Shown piece by piece: positions 1 to 10,498 of a stretch of 64,000 nucleotides of DNA (its first letter is position 1; the number at the start of each line of letters is the position of its first letter). Source of the stretch: Candidatus Fraserbacteria bacterium (lineage in GTDB: Bacteria > Bipolaricaulota > Bipolaricaulia > RBG-16-55-9 > DRXL01); the NCBI GenBank assembly GCA_947085185.1, contig CAMTVK010000002.1:128001-192000 (forward strand). Direction: 5' to 3'. The notes beneath the pieces were generated by a model. That model was not told the origin of the DNA, did no database searches, and saw nothing but the letters and a program-made list of their open reading frames with translations. A program made the position numbers and the translations under genes.

Positions 1-76
1 CGACCCCAACCCGAGGAATGAATCCAACCGGAGCGTTCGTGAGACGTTCCGATGAGAAATCAGGAGGGGCAGGCGT

Positions 77-559
77 ATGGAAACGAGCGAAGAGACCATC
101 TTGACGCCGGAAGGCTACGAGCTCAAGAAGAAGAAGCTCGAAGAGTACAGAAGGATTCTCTACGAAGAGCTGCCCAAAAAGCTGAAATTAGCCAAGGAAC
201 ACGGGGCAGAGCTCCGTGAGAACAAGGAGTATTTAGATATCAAGCGCGAGCAAGATTACTATGAGCTTGAGGTGCGCCGCCTGGAAGAGCTCTTAGAGAA
301 AGCTATTATCTTAGATGAGAGCCAGATCAGCACGAAGTCCGTCGGCATTGGCACGCGCGTGACGCTCAAGGATTTGAAGACCAACAAGACGGAGGTCTAC
401 GAGCTGGTCAGTCCTGCCGAGGCCGATCCTGAAAGAAATAAGATCTCGACGGAGTCGCCCGTCGGCCGAGCCCTCATGGGACAGCGCAAAGGGGCGGAGA
501 TCCAAGTCGAGACCCCTCGCGGCGTCGTGCGCTATAAGATCGTGGCCATTCAGCGCTGA
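77..559 (+). CDS. greA: Transcription elongation factor GreA family
   Basis: LTPEGY, coiled coil with ELRENKEY tip, C-terminal ISTESPVGRALMG; SD AGGAGG upstream; sits before lysS. Confidence 0.9.
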   Translation: METSEETILTPEGYELKKKKLEEYRRILYEELPKKLKLAKEHGAELRENKEYLDIKREQDYYELEVRRLEELLEKAIILDESQISTKSVGIGTRVTLKDLKTNKTEVYELVSPAEADPERNKISTESPVGRALMGQRKGAEIQVETPRGVVRYKIVAIQR

Positions 560-568
560 GTCTCTCTC

Positions 569-2053
569 ATGGACACGAGCAATCCCCTGCGCGAAGAGCG
601 CTTGCGCAAGCTCGAAGAGTGGCGTGCTTTGGGCATTGATCCCTATCCCAGGAGATTTGCGCGCACCCATCTGGCCGAAGAGCTTCAAAAAAGCTTTTGC
701 CATCTGCCCGCCGGCACTGAAAGCTCAACCCACGTGCGGGTGGCCGGGCGGATCACCGCACGGCGGCTCATGGGCGGCGCGTCGTTTTTCGATCTACGAG
801 ATGGCTCAGGGCGCATTCAGCTCCATGGAACGACAGATCTCTTAGGTCCAGAGCGCTATGAGCTCCTCACTCAGATAGATATCGGGGATTTTCTGGGGGT
901 TGCTGGGGTAGTCTTCCGCACTAAGAAGGGCGAGCTCTCCGTGAGAGTTGAAGAGTTCACACTGTTAGCGAAAGCCCTCCGACCGCTGCCCGAAAAATGG
1001 CACGGCCTCCACGATACGGAAACCCGCTACCGACAGCGCTATCTGGACTTAATCGCTAACGAACACGCCCGACGCATTGCTCTGATGCGCAGCCGCATCG
1101 TCAGCGCCATGCGCAGATTTTTAGATAGCGAAGGCTTTTTAGAAGTCGAGACCCCCATCTTACAGCCCCTCTACGGCGGCGCGGCCGCTAAGCCGTTTAC
1201 GACCTATCACAATGCTCTCAATATGACGCTCTATCTCAGAATCTCTGACGAGCTCTACTTAAAGCGCCTGATCATCGGGGGCTTAGAGAAAGTCTACGAG
1301 ATCGGAAAAGATTTTCGCAACGAGGGCATCAGCACCAAGCATCACCCCGAATTCACCCAGATGGAGTGTTATTGGGCTTATGCAGACTATAACGATATGA
1401 TGGCCCTCACGGAGAGAATGATCTCTCAGATCGCTCAAGAAGTCTTGGGCTCGACGCGCATTCTCTATCAAGGCCATGAGATAGACCTCGCTCCCCCATG
1501 GAGGCGCATCCGCTTCCGCGATGCAATCTTAGAGCACACTGGTATTGATATTGAGCGCTCAAGGACGCTCCCGGAGCTGCGCGCCGAGATCAGCCACAAA
1601 AAGCTCTCTGTCGATCCTCAGCCAACTTGGGGCAAACAAGTTGACGAATTGCTCAAGACTTACGTCGAGCCTCAGCTCATCCAGCCGACGTTCGTGCTCG
1701 ATTACCCTCTAGAGCTTTCGCCATTGGCCAAGAAGAAGCCCGATAACCCCGAGTTTGTCGAGCGCTTCGAGCCGTTCATTGGGGCGATGGAATTCGGGAA
1801 TGCGTTCTCGGAGCTCAATGACCCCATAGATCAGCGTGAGCGCTTCCTCGCCCAAGAGGCCTCCAGACGCGCCGGCGACGAAGAGACGCAGCCGTTGGAC
1901 GAAGATTTTCTCACAGCTCTCGAGTACGGGATGCCGCCCACAGGGGGCTTGGGCATCGGTATAGACCGATTGACGATGATCCTAACCGATGCCCCTTCGA
2001 TCCGCGAAGTCATTCTCTTCCCAACGCTGCGTCCCAAGAGCGCACACGAGTGA
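569..2053 (+). CDS. lysS: Lysine--tRNA ligase (class II)
   Basis: RYRQRYLDL, FRNEG, HPEFT and YGMPPTGGLGIGIDRL motifs. Confidence 0.98.
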   Translation: MDTSNPLREERLRKLEEWRALGIDPYPRRFARTHLAEELQKSFCHLPAGTESSTHVRVAGRITARRLMGGASFFDLRDGSGRIQLHGTTDLLGPERYELLTQIDIGDFLGVAGVVFRTKKGELSVRVEEFTLLAKALRPLPEKWHGLHDTETRYRQRYLDLIANEHARRIALMRSRIVSAMRRFLDSEGFLEVETPILQPLYGGAAAKPFTTYHNALNMTLYLRISDELYLKRLIIGGLEKVYEIGKDFRNEGISTKHHPEFTQMECYWAYADYNDMMALTERMISQIAQEVLGSTRILYQGHEIDLAPPWRRIRFRDAILEHTGIDIERSRTLPELRAEISHKKLSVDPQPTWGKQVDELLKTYVEPQLIQPTFVLDYPLELSPLAKKKPDNPEFVERFEPFIGAMEFGNAFSELNDPIDQRERFLAQEASRRAGDEETQPLDEDFLTALEYGMPPTGGLGIGIDRLTMILTDAPSIREVILFPTLRPKSAHE

Positions 2054-2068
2054 AGGAGGATCAAAGAC

Positions 2069-2674
2069 ATGGGACGGACGCAAACCGCTATACAGAGAAG
2101 ATTTCTCTCGCTCTATCACTATTTCGCTGATGTGCTGCCCTATCTGGTGCTCTCCTGGGACGAGAGATATCTGCGATTTGCTGAAGCCAATCGCTTACTC
2201 AAGAAGCTCTCTCCGGCTATGGTCATCGCCACGTATTTTGGCGATGGATATCTGTGGGGCTTGGTCGGGCTGTTCATACTCATCTGGGGCACCCCATTGG
2301 ACCGCAAGTACGTGATGGTCGCGTTCGCGATCACCATTATTAATATCGCGCTCTTCAGGTTTCTGAAGCTCGTCTTCAAGCGCACGCGTCCAACGTACGT
2401 CGCTCCACCGTATGAGCTTGGATATCGCTTGCTCGATACGTACTCGTTCCCCTCAGGCCATGCGACGACGTCGTTTGGGATCGCGTATGTGCTCTCGCAT
2501 TTTTATCCCATTCTGCCGGTCCAGATCGCTGCGTACAGCGCCGCAAGTCTCATTGCAATCTCGCGCATTCACATGGCAGAGCACTATCCGTCCGATGTGA
2601 TCAGCGGCTCGCTGATCGGTATACTCTCCAGCGCATTTCTCTTACCCATCTTTGAAAGGATCTTGAGATTATGA
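2069..2674 (+). CDS. PAP2-family membrane phosphatase
   Basis: KxxxKRTRP, SFPSGH and SRIHMAEHYPSDV motifs; hydrophobic helices. Confidence 0.92.
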   Translation: MGRTQTAIQRRFLSLYHYFADVLPYLVLSWDERYLRFAEANRLLKKLSPAMVIATYFGDGYLWGLVGLFILIWGTPLDRKYVMVAFAITIINIALFRFLKLVFKRTRPTYVAPPYELGYRLLDTYSFPSGHATTSFGIAYVLSHFYPILPVQIAAYSAASLIAISRIHMAEHYPSDVISGSLIGILSSAFLLPIFERILRL

Positions 2675-3747
2675 AGACCTCACAGAAGAACGCTCAAGAG
2701 CTGATCGCTCAGTATACCCCACAAGAGATACACTATTACAGCGACTCCGCCACAGGTCTCAAGGCGCTCATTGTCATTCACAGCACGGCGTTGGGGCCGG
2801 CCACTGGCGGGACGCGCTTCTATCCTTACGCCAGTTGGGATGCTGCGCTTGAAGATGCCCTCAAATTGGCGCAAGCGATGAGCTACAAGTGTGCTCTGGC
2901 TGAGCTGCCCTTTGGTGGAGGCAAGGGCGTGATCTTGGGCGACCCCAAGCGCGGCAAGACCCAAGAGCTTCTGCGCGCCTACGCGCGCATCGTCCATCAG
3001 TTTCAGGGGCGCTTCACCACCGGCGAAGAGCTGGGGATCACCGCGGACGATCTCAAAATTATGATGCGCGAGACCCAGTTTATAGCTGGGGCCAAGGGCA
3101 TCGCCCGCGACATCTCCCCCGTGACTGCCCAAGGGGTTTTTTATGGCCTGAAGGCGTGCTTTCAGACGGTCTTCGGCAATAGCTCCCTTCACGGACGGAC
3201 GATCGCCGTGCAAGGGGCAGGCAAGGTCGGGTATCATCTCATCAAACTCTTAGCTGCTGAAGGGGTGAAGCTCTTCGTCAGCGACATTGACCGTCGGGCG
3301 CTGGAGAGAGTCCACAGCGAATTTGGAGCAAAGATCGTCGAGCCTCCTGACGCGATCTACGCCCTCGAATGCGATGCGCTTGCGCCCTGTGCGCTTGGGG
3401 GGATCATCAACGACACGACGCTGCCCCTTTTAAATTGCAAGATCGTCGCGGGCTCAGCGAACAATCAATTAAAAGAGCCTCGACATGGCGACAGGCTCCA
3501 CGAGTTCGGGATTCTCTATGCGCCCGATTATGTGATCAACGCTGGGGGTCTGATCGCAGCCGTGCAAGATCTGCTGGGAGGGTCTTTAGAGAAGGCTGTG
3601 CAAGAGACGGAGAAGATCTACGGTCGGTTGCTGAAGATCTTTGAGATCGCGCGGCGCGAGGGGATCGCGCCCCATCGGGTGGCCGACCGTATTGCCGCGG
3701 AGCGCTTGAACAAAGCCACACACACTCAATTAACGACAGGAGGCTGA
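2671..3747 (+). CDS. Leu/Phe/Val dehydrogenase
   Basis: GPATGGTR, GGGKGV, VQGAGKVG, GSANNQL and YAPDYVINAGG motifs. Confidence 0.93.
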   Translation: MKTSQKNAQELIAQYTPQEIHYYSDSATGLKALIVIHSTALGPATGGTRFYPYASWDAALEDALKLAQAMSYKCALAELPFGGGKGVILGDPKRGKTQELLRAYARIVHQFQGRFTTGEELGITADDLKIMMRETQFIAGAKGIARDISPVTAQGVFYGLKACFQTVFGNSSLHGRTIAVQGAGKVGYHLIKLLAAEGVKLFVSDIDRRALERVHSEFGAKIVEPPDAIYALECDALAPCALGGIINDTTLPLLNCKIVAGSANNQLKEPRHGDRLHEFGILYAPDYVINAGGLIAAVQDLLGGSLEKAVQETEKIYGRLLKIFEIARREGIAPHRVADRIAAERLNKATHTQLTTGG

Positions 3748-3754
3748 GTATTTT

Positions 3755-4621
3755 ATGACGCGTCGGTTGTGGCTGTTGGTCGGCTTGGTCGGGCTGTTGG
3801 TGGTGGGGCTGAGCTATGGGCCGTTGGCTCAGCAGTCCGTCTCAGCATCGGTGGTCATCAGCAATTTGAGCTGTCGCGGGGGAGTTCAGATCGTGCAGCT
3901 GACTTGGCTCCAGAATCAGACCCCCCTGGCGACGCAGCTCTTCGCCCCGCCGGTGCTCATCCCTGTTGAGACCAGGCGCGAGTTCAAATTTGAGCTCCGT
4001 GCTTCGCCGACACACTTAGCGGTGCGTGGGGCGTTCATAGGGGCCCAAGGGCAAGCCACCGCGCTCGAATTGACCGTGCCCGTAGGGCAAGAGACCAAGT
4101 ACGAGTGCGGGACGATTTTGGCGACTGTAGCGGGCCAGCAGCCGCCCACGGGTCAGCAGCCGACACTCCCTCCAGGGATGCCGTCGCTGACGCCGGGCAT
4201 GAACCCGCAACAGCTCATCTCGGCGTTGCAAGCTGCGGGAGCAACCATCGAGGTCCAAGGCACTCAAGACAAGCCCAAGATCGGCAACGCTGACGATCCG
4301 TTGGTGCTTGGGGCATTGGGGCCAGGCTTTCAGGCTGTTGGGTATTGGGTGAGTTCGGGCACAGGGCAGCTTCGTGCTGTCGTGACGTATGATCGTCCGT
4401 TGGTGCCGGTTGTCTTATGGGTTGTGGGGATTCCCACGCTGGCCACGTGTTTTTCGGTGCCGCCGCCGGGGGGAGGGCTGACGGTCTTCTGTGATCGTCC
4501 GGCGCTCTTTGCCCCGCTCACGACGTTTGGGGGCGGGCCGGTGCCGGGATTGGTCTTCTTTGTTTTAGTCATAAAAGTCGGCGGCCCGACGATGCCCTTC
4601 GTGCTCTCGCTGGCTGGCTGA
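3755..4621 (+). CDS. Hypothetical secreted protein (signal peptide, two beta-rich regions joined by a Pro/Gln linker)
   Basis: SD AGGAGG; basic-hydrophobic N-terminus ending PLA-Q; no family recognised. Confidence 0.7.
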   Translation: MTRRLWLLVGLVGLLVVGLSYGPLAQQSVSASVVISNLSCRGGVQIVQLTWLQNQTPLATQLFAPPVLIPVETRREFKFELRASPTHLAVRGAFIGAQGQATALELTVPVGQETKYECGTILATVAGQQPPTGQQPTLPPGMPSLTPGMNPQQLISALQAAGATIEVQGTQDKPKIGNADDPLVLGALGPGFQAVGYWVSSGTGQLRAVVTYDRPLVPVVLWVVGIPTLATCFSVPPPGGGLTVFCDRPALFAPLTTFGGGPVPGLVFFVLVIKVGGPTMPFVLSLAG

Positions 4622-4646
4622 GTCGTAGTGACAGCCCAGTGAAACC

Positions 4647-4694
4647 TAGCCCTTGGGGTAAGGGTATATAAAACGCCCCTTGCTCCAAGGGCTA
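4647..4694. terminator. Intergenic hairpin, possible terminator or processing stem
   Basis: TAGCCCTTGGGGTAAGGG ... CCCTTGCTCCAAGGGCTA inverted repeat (with G-U pairs) after the 4621 stop. Confidence 0.45.
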
Positions 4695-4726
4695 CTCTAT
4701 TCACAAAACAAGTGAGGTGGTTTGCT

Positions 4727-5701
4727 ATGCGGTATAGGCTTCCAAGAATTTGGAAGCAGGCATTGCTGGTCGTGGTCGGAATCGTTCTGTCAGTCGCACC
4801 GGGCGTCGCGCAAGTCAGCACGACGATCAATATCATCCCTGGGCCAGTCGTGCCATACCCTACGCCCGTCTTCATTCAGATCTCTGGGGTCTTCAATGAC
4901 GGCTGCACTCCCAAGCCCCCTTTCAGCGTGAGCGTTGTTGGCACTATTATCACCATCAGCTCAGCAGAATTAAGTCCTATTTGCACGATGGCGCTGACGC
5001 CTTGGGGGCCGTATACGTTCTCTGTGGGGGTCTTGCCTCCGGGGACTTACTTGGTCCGAGTGCTGCACACGACTCAGAGCGGGACGCACTTGTTGGGCAC
5101 GCGCACGTTCGTTGTCGTCACCATACAGCCGCCGACTCCCCCAACACCGACGGCGATCGTCTGCGATCCGGGAGCGCCCGCTGAAGGGCTCTTCCTGCGC
5201 GACGGGGCGCGCTATCTTGCCACAGGGGGCACGAACATCAGCCCTGACAAGCGCGGCGTAGACCATTGGGCCGATCTGACAGCTCTGGACACTTCGTTCT
5301 TGGCCAAGTGGCAAGCGTGGGGCAAGACTGAAAGACCCTTTGAGGCAGGCATGAACGACGATGGCGACTGGGTCGTCTATCGTATCAGGGCTCGCGAGCA
5401 GCCCCTCAGCGAGATCCAACTCTGCTTGAAAGCTGTAGGCAATAGAGCTGCCCAGCTCGAAGTCTATGTCCAAACGGAGCCGACCGATCCCACGAAGCTT
5501 CCGGCTCCCGACGGAGATATTCGCGGGCTGGATGGCTGGACGAAGGTCGGCACGCTGACAGTCGGCTTGGGAAGCTATCAGATCTACACAGTGAGCGTGA
5601 GCGGGGTAGCCGCTTCGGCGTTCTATAATATTGCTCTCAGGCTCGTCGAAGAGACTCCAGACGGCAACGCGATCATCGCCTGGCTGAAGCTCAAAGCGTA
5701 A
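4727..5701 (+). CDS. Hypothetical secreted protein (signal peptide, Cys-pair beta-sandwich-like domain, Pro/Thr linker, second domain)
   Basis: ATG 4727 after GAGGTGG; signal peptide ending GVA-Q; PPTPPTPT linker. Confidence 0.72.
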   Translation: MRYRLPRIWKQALLVVVGIVLSVAPGVAQVSTTINIIPGPVVPYPTPVFIQISGVFNDGCTPKPPFSVSVVGTIITISSAELSPICTMALTPWGPYTFSVGVLPPGTYLVRVLHTTQSGTHLLGTRTFVVVTIQPPTPPTPTAIVCDPGAPAEGLFLRDGARYLATGGTNISPDKRGVDHWADLTALDTSFLAKWQAWGKTERPFEAGMNDDGDWVVYRIRAREQPLSEIQLCLKAVGNRAAQLEVYVQTEPTDPTKLPAPDGDIRGLDGWTKVGTLTVGLGSYQIYTVSVSGVAASAFYNIALRLVEETPDGNAIIAWLKLKA

Positions 5702-5711
5702 TCTCAGAAAG

Positions 5712-5744
5712 CAGGGGCGGAGCAGAGTGAAGGCTCCGCCCCTG
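5712..5744 (-). terminator. Intrinsic terminator hairpin between convergent genes
   Basis: CAGGGGCGGAGC-N9-GCTCCGCCCCTG perfect 12-bp stem, followed by CTTTCT on the minus strand. Confidence 0.7.
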
Positions 5745-5747
5745 TCC

Positions 5748-6677
5748 CTACCCTCGCACAAGGTTCTTCAAGAGAAAGAAGACATTCGCCGGTCTTTCGG
5801 CAAGCCTTCTCATAAAGTACGGGTACCAATGGGTCCCGTACGAAACATAGATGCGCACACGATAGCCCGCGTGCGCTAAGTTCATCTGCAGATCACGTCG
5901 GATGCCATAGAGCATCTGAAACTCAAAGCGATCTTTGGCGATGCCGCGTGTCCGCGCGTACTCTGTGGCCCAGCGAATGATCTTTTCGTCGTGCGTCGCA
6001 ATTGCGGGATAGACGCCGTTCTCTTGCGCGCGGGGGCTGAAGAGCATCTCTAAAAGTTTTCTATAATTTGCGTCCACGTCGCGCTTGCGCGGAAAAGCAA
6101 TCTCCGGCGGCTCCTGATAGGCCCCCTTGCACAGCCGCACCTTCACACCCCACTCGATCAATCTCTCTACATCGCGCTCGCTGCGTTTGAGATAGGCTTG
6201 GATGACCGGGCCGACGTTGTCGAAGCCCTCACGACGCAACTGTTCATAGAGATTGAGCGTCCGATCCGTATACGCCGAACTCTCCATGTCCATACAGACA
6301 AAGTTCTGATACGCGCGCGCACGCTCCAAGATCCGGCGCATGTTCTGGAAACAGAGCTCAAAGCTGATGTCCAACCCCATCTGAGTCAGCTTCAGAGAGA
6401 TCTCCGACTGCACGCCGGTCTGAGCAATCGCATCGAGAATTTTCAGATACTCATCGGCAGCGGCGAGCGCCTCACGCTCGTTCGTCGTGTTCTCCCCTAA
6501 GTGATCGAGTGTGGCTAAGATATTCGTTGCGTTGAGCTCGCGCACGACGGCGATCGCTTCGTCCAAGCGCTCCCCGGCGATGAACCGCCGCGCCGCCCGC
6601 TGAGCAAAGCGATACTGAGAAAACGCCGATTGCACGGCATGATTCTGCGAGAGCCTTAACAACAACGCGCGCATCAT
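5748..6677 (-). CDS. Monofunctional proline dehydrogenase
   Basis: RFIAGE, SLKLTQMG, DMESS, RLCKGAY, ATHD, FQMLYG and YFMRRLAERP motifs. Confidence 0.95.
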   Translation of the reverse strand: MMRALLLRLSQNHAVQSAFSQYRFAQRAARRFIAGERLDEAIAVVRELNATNILATLDHLGENTTNEREALAAADEYLKILDAIAQTGVQSEISLKLTQMGLDISFELCFQNMRRILERARAYQNFVCMDMESSAYTDRTLNLYEQLRREGFDNVGPVIQAYLKRSERDVERLIEWGVKVRLCKGAYQEPPEIAFPRKRDVDANYRKLLEMLFSPRAQENGVYPAIATHDEKIIRWATEYARTRGIAKDRFEFQMLYGIRRDLQMNLAHAGYRVRIYVSYGTHWYPYFMRRLAERPANVFFLLKNLVRG

Positions 6678-6955
6678 CGTCTCAGTCCCCTGTGAAGTCT
6701 TAGTGAAGTATTCTAACGCACTGGCCAGCGGGAGCGCAAAAACAGACAGATGTCAATCGCCTATGGAGCAAGGAACTTCAGGTTCTCTCTCACAGGTGCT
6801 TCGCTGCCAAGCCCGGTAACACTACGATGAAGACGGTGATGGCTTATGAAGCGCTTGATTCTCGGGATCACGCTGACGCTCTGTGCGCTCTATCAGATGG
6901 CTCGCCACCGTTGGCTTGTGCGCCGTGGCAAGCGATTCTCTTATATCAAGTTGAC

Positions 6956-7933
6956 TTAGTGCGCGATGATAAAATCCGAAAACCCCACGGACTTCGTGGG
7001 CGTCACACGGAAGAACGGGGTCGTATATCGGAGCAGCACTTGGGTCTGGGAATTCTCTCCAGCAGTGAAGACCGCGCGCAGCACCAGCTCTGGGTCCGGC
7101 CCCAAGAACGCCCGGAAGAACGGATCTTTGAACGTGGCAAACTTCAGCGTCGCTTTGACGACATAGACCGTGTACTCGCGGCGGCCGAGCTTAGTCTCTA
7201 GAGGGACTCTCTCGGTGCCGATCACCTCGGCGCGCGCCCGCGCAAACGGCTCTTCGCCCCAGCGCAACAGCTCGTGGTAGAACACCTTGAACTCATAGGC
7301 TTGGCCGACTTTTAACGGCTTCCCGTAGAGATGATAAACCCAGTCAGAGATGGTCATTGCTTGGCCCGGCCAAGCAATAGTGGTTCTGAAGATCCCTTCG
7401 TAGCTGGGGAGGACGATCTCCATCTGGTTGGCGCCCACGGGCTTGTAGTACCCTTCGCCGGAGTAATCGGGGCGGTTGGGATCAAGAAAGTCAAACGTGA
7501 TCACAAAGCGCGCCTCGCGCAGCGTAAAATTGCTGTTTAAGAAATTATTCCAGTCGATCGTGATAATGTTGCCCACTTTGACCTCGACAAACTGATGGAA
7601 TCTGAGCCCTTCGGCTCCCTGGGTGATGCGATCTACGGTAGTCGTCACGCCGTTGAGATCTTCATAGCGCACCCGGCGGGGATAGGGGTCTTGCTTATCG
7701 GGAATCCCGTCTTCGTCGGTATCGGCTTTCAAGGGATTGGTGAAGTAGACGAAATACTCTTCGCCGTCGAGCAGGCCATCGCCGTCGGTGTCAGGCTTAT
7801 TGGGATCGGTGCCCAAGATCTTCTCTTGGGCGTCGGTGAGGCCATCGTTATCCGAGTCCTGAGCGAACGATGTGCCGGGCACAAGGCCAACCAGCACTAA
7901 CGCCAGTAAGACCGTCACAGTAAGAGCGCGCAT
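6956..7933 (-). CDS. Secreted protein with thrombospondin type-3-like Ca-binding repeats
   Basis: Signal peptide (SFA-Q), then DSDNDGLTD / DTDGDGLLD / DTDEDGIPD repeats; SD AAGGAGG. Confidence 0.85.
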   Translation of the reverse strand: MRALTVTVLLALVLVGLVPGTSFAQDSDNDGLTDAQEKILGTDPNKPDTDGDGLLDGEEYFVYFTNPLKADTDEDGIPDKQDPYPRRVRYEDLNGVTTTVDRITQGAEGLRFHQFVEVKVGNIITIDWNNFLNSNFTLREARFVITFDFLDPNRPDYSGEGYYKPVGANQMEIVLPSYEGIFRTTIAWPGQAMTISDWVYHLYGKPLKVGQAYEFKVFYHELLRWGEEPFARARAEVIGTERVPLETKLGRREYTVYVVKATLKFATFKDPFFRAFLGPDPELVLRAVFTAGENSQTQVLLRYTTPFFRVTPTKSVGFSDFIIAH

Positions 7934-8001
7934 AGAGTATCTCCTCCTTCTTCTTCCTCATTCTTCCTCACCCTCACTTCCTTGCCCGGTCCCTTTTCTT
8001 A

Positions 8002-10494
8002 CTAGAGGGGAGCCCGAGGTGAGGGGATGGACTGAAAGTACGTGATCGCAGCTAAGAGCGCCGGCAAGACGAAGATCGTCACGACGAACGCATAGAAGAC
8101 TGCCAGCCCAACTAAGAGCCCAAAGTCACGGTTCCACGTAATCGCGCTGAGCATGAGCACGAAGAACGCCGAAGCTGTCGTGAAGAACGCCGCAAAGAGC
8201 GCTTCGCCTGTGCGCGAGACCGCGCGCGCTAAGTCGCGCTCCTCACGGAATCTTTGTATGAGGTGAATCGCATAGTCTACCCCAAGCCCAATGCTGATCG
8301 CCGCGACAATCGCCGTCGCAGCGTTCAGCTCGAGCTTGAAGAAGCTGACCGTCCCTAAGAGCAGCCCCGTCACGACGACCATGGGAAAGAGCCCAACCAG
8401 CCCCCACAGCACAGATCGCAACGCCAAAGCTAACACAATAAAACAGAGCCCAAACGCGAGCGCAAGCGACTGCGTCAGCGATCTGTGCAGGGCATCCAAG
8501 CCCAGCTCTTCGACGAAGGGGACGCCCGTCAGCTGCGCCTCGATTCCCAAAGTGTTAAGCTTCGCTATGACCGGAGCTAAGCGTTCCGTGATGTCACGGG
8601 TGACGCGGCGCACGCCCGCTTGGTCAGCAAAGCGCATCGTATTGACGCGCACGAGAGCTCTCTCTGACGCAAAGATGGGCAGCACATACGCTTCGGCACG
8701 CTGGCGCAGAGAGTCCTTGGCTAGGACTTCACCCAGCAGCCAGCGATAGGCCCCATCGGGGTCCTCTACGAACCGATCCATGAACCCCTGAGCCAGCTGG
8801 GGGTTGGCAGCCCGCACGTCTTCTAAGTAGTGCGCGATGCTCGTCACCGTATGCGCATACGGGGAGGCCGAAAGCGTCTCAGGGATCTCTTTCAGTAACA
8901 CGCGCATCACCTCAAGACGTGCGATATTCCCTGTCAAGACGAGCTGCACCTCGTCGTACGTGCGAAACTCTTCGTTGATCTTGGTGTACAGGGCAACTGT
9001 AGGGTAGTCTTGGGGCAGGAGCCGTCGGTAGTCGACTGTATATGTCTGAAACGCTCGGCCCTCCCAATAGCCAAACGCCCCGATGAGCAGCCCCAAGATG
9101 ACGACAGTGCCCATGGCGACTCGTCCGTGCAACAGCTCGGCGTAGCGACCGAGCCCAAGGCTGAGCAGGCTTGCTTGAGGGTGGGCAAAAATCCTTCGGG
9201 TGCTGGGCCATGGCTCGGTGCGGGGCCCTTCGGGAAAGATCTGTTTCAGCGCCGGTATAAGCATCACGGTGATGACTAATGCACTGATCACAGACACAGC
9301 TGAGAGCAACCCAAACCAACGGATCGGCGGGCTGGGCGCAAAGAACAACGCTGCAAACCCGAGGGCAGTCGTGATGGTCGTGAGCAGAAGCGCGCGCCCC
9401 GTGCGCGTCAGGGCGATCCCGATAGCTTGAGGCCCACTCTGCTTCTTACAGCGCTCTTCTTCGTATCTGTGCAGCAGGTGAATCGCGTAATCGTCGCCGA
9501 TGCCCATCAGAAGCGGGAAGACCGCAGCCATCAAGAAGTTGACGGGAATCCCAAGCCAGCCCAGCAGCCCAAACGACCAAATCCCCGATAGCCCTACGAC
9601 CCCAAGCGTCAGATAGAGGCTCGCCAAGGGCTTGTACGTTCCTATCACTAAGAGGGCCAACGCCCCCCCAAGCACCAGATCAACGGGCACAGCAACTCCA
9701 GCAAAGAGTTCTGGGCTGAACGCTCCCACAGTCACCCCTCCGATCAAGAGCCCCACTAACCCTAGTTCCCACGGACGCGTCAGACGAAAAGCCCACAGCA
9801 GCGTGAGCGCAATCAGAGCAAAGACGATCGGGCTCAGATAGCGTATATCGCGCCCGGTGGTCTGATTGAAGATATCTAATGTCTCGCCATAGCTGACTAC
9901 TCCGATGTCAAGGGCGACAGCGCTCCGAGAGATGGGCCTGATCGCCGCGAGGGCCTGGCGCGAGACCCCGATAATATCGGCGTCCTTGGCGATTGTCGCC
10001 GTAGCCAAGGCTGTGCCCGCAAGCGACGTAAATTTCTTCACGAGGGCCATGCGCTGAAACGTCATGCGAATGATCTCCTCAAACGAATATCCCAGCTCGT
10101 CGCCGTCGGTGGGCAGACTGTAAAACCGTCGGTCGCCGCCGTGGAGTTCCGCACGAACGAATTTGACAAAGTCGGGAATCCCCTGAGCCGAGACGATCCC
10201 CGGAACGGCGCGCAGGGCTTGGAGCACTGCCTCCATCTCGAGGATCGCTTCAGGGGACTCGATAGAGAAGTTCTCTTTTGGCGCAAAGCGCACGGCGATG
10301 ACGTGCGCCAGAGACGCCACCCCAAAGTCGCGCTCGACTTCGCGAAAGAGTCTTACTGTCGGATGATCGGGCAGGAACTCTTGAGGATCGTTGGCGACTC
10401 TGAGTTTTGTGAGGCCCACGGCACTGAGGGCCGTGACAGCAAAGATCATAAGAATCTTCCCCCACGGCCCTCGTGCCGGTTTCACGAATTTCAT
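8002..10494 (-). CDS. MMPL/RND-family membrane transporter
   Basis: Two halves, each with a large loop and a TM bundle; GIGDDYAIH and GLGVDYAIH motifs. Confidence 0.9.
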   Translation of the reverse strand: MKFVKPARGPWGKILMIFAVTALSAVGLTKLRVANDPQEFLPDHPTVRLFREVERDFGVASLAHVIAVRFAPKENFSIESPEAILEMEAVLQALRAVPGIVSAQGIPDFVKFVRAELHGGDRRFYSLPTDGDELGYSFEEIIRMTFQRMALVKKFTSLAGTALATATIAKDADIIGVSRQALAAIRPISRSAVALDIGVVSYGETLDIFNQTTGRDIRYLSPIVFALIALTLLWAFRLTRPWELGLVGLLIGGVTVGAFSPELFAGVAVPVDLVLGGALALLVIGTYKPLASLYLTLGVVGLSGIWSFGLLGWLGIPVNFLMAAVFPLLMGIGDDYAIHLLHRYEEERCKKQSGPQAIGIALTRTGRALLLTTITTALGFAALFFAPSPPIRWFGLLSAVSVISALVITVMLIPALKQIFPEGPRTEPWPSTRRIFAHPQASLLSLGLGRYAELLHGRVAMGTVVILGLLIGAFGYWEGRAFQTYTVDYRRLLPQDYPTVALYTKINEEFRTYDEVQLVLTGNIARLEVMRVLLKEIPETLSASPYAHTVTSIAHYLEDVRAANPQLAQGFMDRFVEDPDGAYRWLLGEVLAKDSLRQRAEAYVLPIFASERALVRVNTMRFADQAGVRRVTRDITERLAPVIAKLNTLGIEAQLTGVPFVEELGLDALHRSLTQSLALAFGLCFIVLALALRSVLWGLVGLFPMVVVTGLLLGTVSFFKLELNAATAIVAAISIGLGVDYAIHLIQRFREERDLARAVSRTGEALFAAFFTTASAFFVLMLSAITWNRDFGLLVGLAVFYAFVVTIFVLPALLAAITYFQSIPSPRAPL

Positions 10495-10498
10495 ATTT

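Noticed and set aside
5712..5744. Fourth copy of the GTAG repeat
   Set aside because: Begins GCAGGGGC with a different interior; position and T-tract fit an ordinary terminator
7940..8000. Purine-rich (minus strand) low-complexity spacer with GAGGAAG repeats
   Set aside because: Short and irregular; explained as SD-rich intergenic sequence
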